DNA from: Botryllus schlosseri
Taxonomy: Eukaryota
Assembly: GCA_051294905.1 (NCBI GenBank)
Contig: CM119371.1
Coordinates: 16,308,001-16,372,000 of the forward strand
Length of the DNA: 64,000 bases
Direction: 5' to 3'
Part shown: positions 39,001 through 51,000 of the stretch, piece after piece
Layout: each line of letters opens with the position of its first letter
Numbering within the stretch: the stretch's first letter is position 1
Notes under the pieces: model-generated
What the model saw: the letters and a program-made list of their open reading frames with translations, nothing else
Told to the model about the DNA's origin: nothing
Databases searched by the model: none
Made by a program: the position numbers and the translations under genes

Positions 39001-42000
39001 CGGTCATTGCGGAAAACAATGGGGACTAGGAACTCAAAAATTTGCCAAAAAGTCAATATTTGCAATTTTTTCCTGGTTTGAAATATTACCATTGTGTCTC
39101 TGCTGTCACCTCGTGGCCTTGTTTCAACCAAAACATAGTGTCCTGATGGTGTCGACACAAGAAATCTCACGCCTCAGTGAAATTGAATCACGTCACAATT
39201 TCCATTTGGCTATAGTCATTTTTGACCGGCTTGCCGAGCATTAAATTTGGTAAAACGGGTATCAATCGAAAGCTGACTCTGCACTGATTACAAAAATATA
39301 AATTTTATTCCGCTCGTGGGCCTGGAACTCCCACAGTCAGCTTCGAATTTTTCATTGTTATGGAGATTGGCATTGGGACGGAACAATGCTGAACATTGAA
39401 CAATGCTGTCTGGCTTTTTTTCTCTTGACCTACTCTCTCGTTTCGTCAGGCACTATGCTGTAACGCTCGAATTGTTTGCAATCATTTACCGATCGACTGT
39501 GCTTTTGATCAATCGCTCGCCACTTAATACGCTGCATTTTGCTTTCTGCCGCCGCAATCCACCTCTACAGGGCCAGAATTCGATCTTCCAGCATCCAATG
39601 ACGAAACTCCAGAATCTGACGTATCAAGATTAACACAATGCTGAGCAATACTGTCTGACACTTTTTCTCTTGAGCTACTCTCTCGTTTCGCCAGACAGCA
39701 TTGTTGCGTCCCAATGCCAACCTTCATAACAATGAAGAAATCGAGGCTGATTGTGGGAGTTCCAGGGCCATGGGCGGAATAAAATTTACATTTTCGTAAT
39801 CAGTGCACAGTCAGCTTTCGATTGATACCTATTTCACCAAATTTAATGCTCGGCAAGTTGGTCAAAAATGAGCGTCAAATTGCCTGTAGCCAAATGGACG
39901 TTGTGACGTGATACAATTTCACTGAGGCGTGAGATATGCCTGTGTCGACACCATATAGGACACTATGCTCAAACAATAACTGAAATCTGCAACATTCCAA
40001 TTTTATTTTCCCATAATAAAGGGGTGCTTTTCTCAAAGTTCCAACAAAAATATCGCATTTTTCGTCCATAACTCAATAAAATTTATCGTTTGAGAGATAA
40101 AGAAATCTACATCTTTATTATTTCCGGGTACAACTTGGTTAGATTGTTGTCATTCAATCATTCTGACACTCATTCTTGTTATTACATCGATCCCTCTTGT
40201 TCATTGACTCTTTACTTTGCAAATGCTCGTCAGTGTTTTTTCTCAATTGGAAAATTTTGTTATGTTGCATTAAGGTAAACCATAAATTTGTATAAAATAT
40301 TTTTCCTGAATGGCTAGAAATTTTTCGGATACATGACATTCAAATCTGTGCTGCGCCAAAAGTTTTGTTTTACATAGGTCTACCAGGCTATAAGTTACAG
40401 GACTTCACAGCAAACTTGCAGCAAATTTATAACAAAGCTTTGAATTTTTAATTTTCGAAATGAAATATCTCCGAGAAGGGTAGCACATAATCTTTCAAAT
40501 TTTAGCATAGCACAGCACTGTCCCAGTACTTCCTAAAGAAGGCGTCAGATCAGAAAAAGACTGGATAATTTTAAGAGTTTACATTCCCCGTGTCGGTGCA
40601 TTCTTTCTACTTCAAATCCCATTTAAAATGCCACAATATGCGGAATAGAACCAATTTTTTTTTGTATATGGCATAACGGCACCGAGCGACTGTGAACATT
40701 TTATGGTTATGAGGGTAGTCATCCGGAAGTTAGGTTTTTGACTTGTTAGTCCCCTTATGGGCTGAAAATCCAATGTAATCATTACTACGGCGGGGCAAAA
40801 TCTAGAATATCTGGGGGATTCCATTCTAGATACAGTATTAAACATCGAATCGACTGTTCGAGTATCGCTCATTTTGACGTCATAAGAGTGGGAATGGTGT
40901 GGAAAGGTACTGGTGGGCCATAGAGCTTGCATCGTAGCAGTGATATTAAAAATAATGTTATTATAAACACACAAGAATTTCAAGGTCCTTCATCATATCC
41001 AGAAATGAGATTATTAAGCAACAGTCTTTCACCACAACGTGATTGCGTGACGCACGCCACTCACTCACCTCGAAAGCAATCTACAACAACAACCTTCTCA
41101 CTATATTCGAGCGAACTTCCACTTGACTAAATTACTGCGTTGTTGAAAACCGTTGTTTTTCACTGAACGTTATCGTGCCAACGCGAACTCGAACCAATTT
41201 AGTTGGTCATGAGCAGGATAAGGCTGAACACGCCTTTATTAGATTAGGGGCGAATTCCTCGGGACTTAGAAAAGGTGATTTCTAATCATTCACAACAAAT
41301 AGGAATATTGAGTTACTGAACGCCACGCACCTTTATATACGGATAAATCAATGGATGTACCTTTTGAAGGTGGCACTTCATATCGTTCGCTTCGAGAATG
41401 GCCGCAAGTTTTCCGTCCATCGCAATGTGAGGTGGGGCGTCCGTTGTGAGTAAGATCACTCTCGTAGATCCTGGGCGCCATTTGACGAACTAAATAGAGA
41501 CAAGTCGGTATACTTGGAATCAATTTGTTGAATTCGATATGCGAGTCGTAGTCAGGCTCGTGACTTGATTGTGTAAGCGCGAGGTTCACTTTCGCGTTCT
41601 ATAGGTGAACCTCAGAAATTTGGAGGTTCGCGTTCACAAACGAGCCTAGGTATTTTCTGCTCTGTGGACCTTTTTCATAAATTAAATTTTTTCATGTCAT
41701 TATATCGTCTTTGGGTGAAATTCTTTGTTATTATTCAGCTTCCCGTTTGTGAATATATAGCGACTCTCTGCTGTCTACTTTGCCCGCAATCATACAACAG
41801 CAAGAATGAAACACACTACCTGTAAGAAGACATCAAATCGTGCTTAGTCAACCAAACAATTATTTACGTCGACGAAATTGATATAAAGAATGCATCGATA
41901 TTTACTGTAAAAAAATCTATGAGGTGCACAGGATTTTCCTTGATTTGATATCCTTATTGTATCATAAAAATCAAATTTGTCGGACTGGGATGCTGACTAT

Positions 42001-45000
42001 ACTGTATAACTTGTTTTTGAGATTAATACCTCGCGCAAGTATCGAGACGGCCGTTTTACTATTGGGAATACGTCTGTTCTGTTCTGTCCAGCCGAGTCCT
42101 CGCTGAAATTGTTAGCAAGTTCATGGAAGATGTTGATTGTGTGGACTTATTAAAAGATTTGATTTTTCCAGTTGATATGTTGGGCGACGTTTAAAGAGTC
42201 GACATGTACTTTAATATTGTGGCATAATGTGGCACGAGTCGTCGCTAGTTATCATATAATGTACATGACTACATGTAAGTACAATATTATAGAACTTAAC
42301 CGAAATGCAGGGCTGGAATTAGCGCTATGACGTCACATGACTCCATAGGTCCACGTTTGCGTTCACTCAGAACGTGTCAAAAAGGCTCACGCTCACTAGA
42401 ACCAGAATCTTTTGTGGGTTCGCCCCATCTCTACTAGGAACTTTTAGAGAGGAGAAGAGGTCACTGGTCTGAAGCGAATCACTTCTAATTCTTCAGAGAA
42501 CTCAAATAGGTTTGTACTAGTACTTACGCAAGCGTTAAGGCTTTCAGACTACTTCCACTTTTAATTTACAGTTTTTTAGGCAGAACTATACCTAATTTTT
42601 AGTTCTTTTGCTTTTGCAATGTAGAAATTAGTTTTAGGTCTTAAGAATCAGGTGAAATGAATATGTCTTTGCAGAATACACCAGTAACAGAATATGAAAT
42701 ATTATCTGTAGACAAATCTAACAGTGCTTCGTTACTGACAAGACCAGATTGCATATGCTTTCAGGTTTTCTTCAGCGGGTGATCGATTCTCAACATCGGG
42801 CATCTAAATCCGTTTTGATAAGAGGGAAAACGGTAAAAGCGAAGTGAAAAATTCCTAAAAAGTGTACCTCTTCGCAGACTGCAATTTGCATGAGTGCGTC
42901 GAAGGATCCTTCCGGTATGTCGATATTGCCAGACACCTTAGTCGCCTGAACCGTATTCTGAAACTCGGTGGCGTTGCCGGTGATTGCGAGTTGATGACGA
43001 AATCCAAAAGGCGGAGCACAGGACGTTACGTTCACTCCACCGGCGCACGGGTTTTCCAGTCTGAGAAATCAAAGTTATACATTTGTAACTCTGTAACTAT
43101 GGCTTCCCGTAAGCGTACACCTCAAACTATGATAATCGTCCACCGGACAGGTCCTAATCTAGGGGCTGCTTCGCCAAGCTATAAGGGTGGAAGTGAAAAT
43201 CCGTCTATATACTACTTCATACGTGGAAAAATCTAAAACGTAAAGGAAAATAAGTTGGGTTTTCTTGTTCCTTATGTTTTTCGCCAAAACGGCTGCCAAA
43301 ACTCTTGAGCTAGTCGAAGTAGTCTGAAATTTCAGCGACTTTAGTACATAGCGGTCGGAGGCAACACACAAGAGAACAGGGGTACTTCACCCGGGGTCCG
43401 AAAACCCGTTTTGGGTTCACGGACAATGGGACTAATAAAAGTGTTTTTACATCTATTTATAAATTGAACTGGACACTTTTCAAATTGATTTCATTAATAA
43501 TTTAGGATCCGCTTCGAGCTAACTCCCCTTACATTGGGGCTTGGGGTGTGGCACGTGGGGCCCTAACAAGTACATCCTACCACAAAAGTAAGACATGGAA
43601 TATTGAGCCAATGTTTCATAAAAGGGGGCGATAAACATACCGAATCCAAGCAATTCAATTATACTGACCCATTAGCCTTCCACTTCCACGGATTTTGTAG
43701 CTTAATGTCACTGCTACATGCCAAAATGCGATTAGATGCAACATCAAATATGTCTGTGTGTTTTGTCGAAAAGAGTACCAGCCCTTTTTGGAACGGACGA
43801 CTAAAACGTGGCCCACTATCAAATTACTTTGGACGCAAAATCCTGATATGTTTACAATCCGAAAACGTAAATTTAAAATGACAACATTGTCAAAAGAAAA
43901 GACGCAAAAGAGTAGCCCGCTAACCAGTTTTTCGATGCAATTGTCGACAGCTGATTTCAGGTTTAAAGATTAATCTTAAACTCACTGGTCGGTGACCGTG
44001 CTGGTGTACGGCATCATTACTTTGTCTACAAATGAACCGAAGCCCACTTCGACGTTCTGTGTGATGTTGTCTTTGATGTTGCTGACCAATTTAGCTCCCA
44101 ACCCTTTCAGCGTGTCCAAATCGTCGCTCATAGAGTTTGATAAATCCATCACGTAATACAAGTCCAACGGGTAGTCGATGACTTTGTGGAAGGTGATATT
44201 CACATTTTTTGTTTGACCTGTTGGATATGAATGTGCCTATTTAGTTTTTTTTTTGTCCGCAGCAGAGTCGAATTGATCGACAAATGTAGCTCGTTGTGTG
44301 AAGATTATTGTCATTGCTATACGCAGAGGCGCCCAAAGTAGCCAGTGTTGGTACTCAAGGCCGCTAATCAAAAATCCTGGTCCATATTCGGATCGAAATA
44401 CAAACTGCGATTCACTTGATTTATCTGTATTTTGGATAATGGGATGTAGAATTTAGAATCATTTTCAATTTTAGTGAGAGTCCTGATTAGGACGAAATTC
44501 TGGATTTCCATATAAGCTTTGGATTTCAAAATAATAAATCTGCTCATCTCTAAGAAAGCTAGATTATTCTGTTTGCGTTAACTGTGATAGCAAAATAATA
44601 TACCAGTGTCAAAAAAGTTCCTAAGTTCCCTATACATATACGTATACGCGAACTCCTTTTGTTGAAACAGCCTTGGCTGGTGCATTTTTTATAAAAGTCG
44701 ACTCCAAGGCACAGAGCCGAAAGTGTGAACGGCCTCTTCCAACGACGAGAAATCTGTCCGGTGGGATTATCCAACAGATGCTTGTACGATCTAAAAGTAG
44801 TACATTGAATGCTATCTTCTATTCGAAATTTCATGCTCCTGACGTCATCTTTTCAGGTACGATTGTTAATATACAATGTTACAACTGTATATCATACCAT
44901 CCGCTGCGAGATTTCGGGCGTTGGCACCATTTTAAACGGACAGTAAGTGAGGTGTAAACAATAGTTACGTATCTCCATCCCACCTCACATCCTGCTTACT

Positions 45001-48000
45001 AGAATAACACGTAATTTCAAGACACCTAGCTTGTTCGCAGAGGTAATTTTAATAGCATGGCCGGTAGTGCACATTAGTCATGCTGATAGGTTTTACACTT
45101 CCGCGCCAGGGTAAAATTTGCATTCTCCTTTTGCGGTCATAATCGTTTCACCAGTCCGGGTATTAGACGTGTCATGACTGGTGAATAGTGATGGATTCCA
45201 GAGAAACCAAGCACTTTTGGGGAAAAATAATGAAACTCCTGCATTACACATTCATCCATCAAATACATAGTTCCTTCCTGACAGGGCTGTGGAGTCAGAG
45301 TCGGAGTCGGATTTTGGCTAATTTTCGCTTGATGGAGTCGGAGTCGGTACGTTTAAAGACTCAGCAGTAGGAGTCGGAGTCGGTCCATTGAAAATGTGTG
45401 GAGTCGGAGTCGGAGTCGGTGCTAAAATTTACCGACTACACAGCCCTGCATCCTGAGTGATGATTACTTCGTTTCCATGCTCGGCCGATGGGCCCATTTT
45501 CGAGAGACTCGGCCGACGAACGAGAGAATTTTGTTGCGCATTTACTGTGATGCACACCCACGTCGGCCGACTCGTCGGCCATCGAGTGAATCCTTCGGCT
45601 TAGCCCTTCGGCCATGCTTGCGTTCTGTCTTCGATTAGCGAATTGGTATTCGCTACTTACAATACACTTTTCGTATCAAATTAACCATGGCTGCACTCCG
45701 GACGGATCTTGGACGCCTTTAGAAACCAAGAATTATGATCGTAACGGAATTTAGTAGTACCGGTACTGCTACACGAATTACCCGTAGGCTACCGAAATCT
45801 TCGCGATCTGATCACATACGCTGCTGCCACAATTCGAGGGTTTGTGTTCTGGTGCATGGATACAATACAAACTATACCGTTTGACCACAAACTAGGAGAA
45901 CTTATTCACATTTCCACATTTCCCTGGTAAGCAAATCATCGACACGACACTGGACGTTCATGTCTGAATCATGACGACGAAACAGTAATACCGGTAGACT
46001 ACTGGAGAAGTTACTATTCTGTGCTCGAAATTATTGGACCACGATACCCAATGTCTATATCTCCCACATACTAAGATATGCCACCAATTTTCATCTTTTA
46101 TCCATCTTATTTAATCTTCTGTTAGTTTCAGGCAATTGGTTCATCGTGACCATTTTACATGTTGGATGGATTTCGTGTTCAAGGTCAAAGCGTTTGTTTG
46201 ATTGAATGACCGCTACAAGTCATCTCGGCTCATTCCTACCGAGTCATTTATCGCAATCTTGTGATTATTATGAAATTGTTACTAAGTATAAGTAAGCCAA
46301 AAACGTCATCGCGATCGCTTCGCCCACCTAGTTCGGCCAAGTCACGGTTGGGTTACGTCTGCTCATGGAAACACGGCCGACATGTACAACGCATGCGTCA
46401 TGACAAATGTTCCCTCTAATTTTTCACCAGTCTGCGCAAACACGCCAACTCACTGCGCAGGCCCTTGGACAACAGTGCGCAACCAGGCACCCCATAGGGT
46501 GATGAATCAGGGCTGCGCCCCTCAGACCCCCTCGGGGTTTACGCTTTTTTACGCTATTCTGATCATCTACATTTGGTAGATGTGGCGCTTAAACGCGCGT
46601 AGCGCGAAAAAGTTCTATAATTCATGATTGAATCGGGATTTAGCTGTCAATTTTTATGCTCTCTCTGCTCACGTAATCTGATTTACCGGTAGAGCTGATT
46701 GAGTGAGGTTTGTTGGAAAAGGTAGGACCCCTAAATGATAATTATTCATCTTCGAGCGTACCCGTTGGTATAATGACTTCATTACGGAATGGTAGTTCGT
46801 GACTTCCATGCTGTCCACATTTTACCATCCAAAAATTCGTTTGTTATTTCGACTTCTCGACATATTTTGCAGAGCAGACCTTTCTTGCTCGAAAAAGAAA
46901 ATCACACCTAATCTTACAGTTTTGTCTTCCGTTTTCACATGCTCCGACAACAGTGGCGGCTCGTGACAATATCAGGTGGTGGGGCAAGGGCTGCAAGCGA
47001 CTTTTTATCAAGATGACGTGACAATGGCGTTTTCCAACGTAGACAAGTAGGTTGTCAAGTCAAGGTTGTCAAGGTTGTCAGTAGGTTATCAAAATGACGT
47101 GACAATGGCGTTTTCCAACGTAAACAAGTAGGGTTACCATACGTCCTCTTTTATGAGGATTTGTCCTCTTTTTTGACTTTTTTGAAAGTGTCCTCGGAGG
47201 ACGCCCTTTTGTCCTCTTTTTTGAGATTTTGTCCGCTCCGGCGGGTATTTCGGAGTGAAAAACGGTTATTTTAGCTCTGGGTGGAAAGATGACCTTTTTT
47301 TTAGTTATCCACCTAGCAATGCGGGAAGAAAAACGGTACTTTGAGCTCTGAGCGGAAAAGATGACCTTTTTTTTAGTCAACCGATCACAAAGTGGGAAAA
47401 ATTCACCGGTTTTTGAAAATTCTTCTCCGGTTTTGCAAGTCTCAAATTTCTGGAAAAGTGTCCTCTTTTTAGATTTCCAAAATATGGTAAGCCTATGTTA
47501 CGGTAACATGAATTTCCCGACAACAGTGATTTTAACGTATGTGCCACGAGAGGTCTGCCGGTGAGCTGTGACTTGAAGTGTGGTAACTGCGTAAACGGCG
47601 TACGGAACAAAGATTCAACACGGTTCATGTTCGCACTAGACCTGACTATGACTAATTATCTGCAGAAATGGAAATGACTATAACTCGAGAGATTGCGTAA
47701 GCCTAATTGGAAAGGTCAACGAGTTCGGACACCAACGCAATTGTTATCTCATACATTGGGCCTGTCATATTGAATCCAAAGCACCAGTCTGAAGAACTAA
47801 GAATAGCAGCCTCGGAAATTCGGTCTCGGTACAGCATAGGAGATTTTGGCCTTGAAACTGGAGACTGTAACACGACACATATGGCTTTATTACTGTCTAT
47901 AGGTCTGCTGCGAAATCGCATTTGAAAAATATATTACCGAATATATACGTGGATGAAAGCCGTAAACTTAGTACACTGTTACATGACATCATCGAGAAGT

Positions 48001-51000
48001 AGCCTCTGCCTCATGGCCCTTTTCGGTATGGTACACTGTCAAAATTAATGCGAACAGACCGAATTTTGCGTAAAATTTACTGAGGAATAGGCTGATCAAG
48101 TGATCAGCTGTTAGCCGCCATCGAAAACGAAATAGCTATCGCGCTTGACAGGGGCGTTGTAAGCAAATGGCTTGAAGGCAACAATTTCACGGTGAAATTG
48201 ACATCGGAGAATATAATATCAAAGTAAATATTTGAATGCAAATGAGAATGATATCATCATTTCGTCACCTATCTCAGTATGGAACACAGTTAACGTTACC
48301 ACAGATACACCGGCTTTTGCGTGAAATCCGCAATGCGTTGTAGGCTAAAGTGTCAGATCAGAGCGCATCTCTACCATATTCGACCTTGATAACGAAATCA
48401 CTGCCCTAATCATTGAGTGTCAACCTTGAGACTTGGCACAGCGTTCGATACTAAAATCAAAACACACCGTGCAAAAGCTCATGACAGATCTAGGTAAGGA
48501 GCATCGTTAAAATCAATAGAGACCAATACCGGCTTTGCGTAAAATCTGTTCGCGATAAATGACGAGTCGGCTCTCACTCGACTTAGGAAGCGAAATTACC
48601 ACTAACATAGTTCAGTGACAAACTTAAAACTTGGTACAGCGTTCGATACTAACATTAAGACTTACCGTGCCAAATGTCATAACCTATCTCAGTATTGAAC
48701 ATCGTCAAAATCAATGGATACCAATACCGGCTTTTGAGTAAAATCTGTTTGCGATACATGACGGATCAGCACACACTCAACTTCGGAAACGGAATTACTA
48801 CCCTAAACTTTAAGTAGAAACCCTGAAACTTGAGGCAATGTTGAATAACACCATCACGACATGACACACCAAGTTTCAAGAGTTTTCATGATGTGAAACA
48901 CCATCAAAATCGACCTATACCAGCAAAGGTCGACTAAACGCATATGACGGTAACCGAGTTCAGATATAGATACGATTGTTACATCACACCTTAGGGGCAC
49001 AGACCTATTGTGCCCCGGTTGCTCGGTAATTTTATGAATAGGAGAGAGTAAATCCCCAATTCTTTATTGTGCGCGGCTTTGAGAGAATAGACAGTGAAAG
49101 CTTGTTATGAGCGCTACCGGGGCATGCCCCGGCGAGGCATTCGCAAAGCGAAAACACAGAAGAGAATTCGATTTTCGCAGAGACTTCGCTATACATGGGC
49201 ATTTACAAGCGAAAGGACAAGAAGAATATGATTTTCGCTGTGATTTCGGTATATATAGATTGTTGTGCGTCTATAAATGGTAAAGAATTGTTATTGAACA
49301 GAATTTTAGGTGGGGCAATGCCCCAGTTGCCCTATAGGACGAGCCGCCACTGTCCGACAACCATTCCATGTTAAATGAATCGCACTTCCTTGTTAATTTG
49401 GCTTGGTGAGGGGATGAGAAACTACCCATCTGTGACGTCACAATAAATCCGTGTACATGTGACATGCTATAGATTACTGGTAGACATACACGCACGAGAA
49501 CGCACTTCAAATCAATACACGCGATCGATATAGGCCAGGGGTGACCAACCTTTTTGCCATTCACGCCCGCATTTCGACTACTGATGTAGCATATACGGCC
49601 GCATTCCATGTTAAAGTGTCTATGGCCATTTCTGGTGAACTCCGGACTAAGCTATTGAATAATATATAGGCTTACTGCGTGGTCATGTTATGGAGCTATG
49701 TCAGTTTCACTAATGAATTTCGTCATTAATAATAATAGTTTTATATATTACTATCAAATTGTTATCCTTTCTTTGCCCATGTAATCAGATTCACTAATAA
49801 AGTTGATGGAGAGGGTGTTTTCAAAAATTTAGGGCAAGTTATAAATGATACTGCGTCTTCGGGTGGGCCAATTGTTATAAGTCACCTTGTTGCATGCCGT
49901 TATTTCTTGACCTCCATTCAGGATTGTTGGTATAGTTAGGAGCACACGATTGCGAGTTTGTATTTCAATATGGGGCGCATCATTTTCATCTGCTGTTCGT
50001 ATCTGTGCTGTGGGCACTGCTTAGAAAGAGCATTGCTATGTATCAAAATCCAAAAATGAAGTCACATTGAATCGCGCGCAGCGCGAATAAAATTTCAAGT
50101 TCAGTTATAATATCTCAAGAAATCGGGAGTCAATTCGTAAATTCAAATTGCATGTCGACAGCCGCCAACACATACTAGTTGCATTCCGTGTCCTCGGCCG
50201 CACAAATTTCCTTCTACGGCCGCAGGTTGGTTACCCCTGATGTAGGCTTCACCGCGTTAAAACACTGATGTGACGTCTTAATACCAGCAATGCACTCATT
50301 ACTATCAAGACCACCAGTCAAATATAATGATATGAATATTCAAGTCCGACTGAAGCAAGAACAATATCAGCGTATGACCTTATCGACAGAAGATTCCCGT
50401 TCAAACAAATCGAATAAAATCAAAATTTGTGCTGCTGAGAAGCTGATGTAATTCAACGCCCTACAGTGCACAGAGGCAGCATTTCCCGTTCAACGTTTGC
50501 AAGGGGATGGATTTTTTGAACAATATTGGTGCTTGTACTTGCATATTCTGCACATTCTCCTATCTCACCGCCATATGTGATCAGATTTGCCTGATGGAAG
50601 TGATATGACTTCGAAAATTCGCGGCATGTAGGCTAATTGTACAATAAATCTTGCGTATACTGTTTATGCCACGCGAAGAAGACTATTCGTTAGTTTCTCA
50701 CATATTAACTTCGAGCTAGCCCATTGTTATTTATAACTTTGTTAAACCATGTTATTTCACCATTCCCAGAAAAGATTGTGCTATTGAAATGATATCAGTA
50801 TCGCCCACGCGTAGGAAACCATAATTAAAGAAAAATCTCTTTCGTGAGGTGCACGTCATTGCAAATTATGAGTTTCGCAGAGCGCAATATTTACCTTTAC
50901 GAGCCGCACTTGTACCTCGGTTTTAGACTTCAGCGACAACACTATTTTCCCCTGGCAACGTTTCCTCTAATTTTTCACGAGTCTGCGGGCTTGCGCGGCC

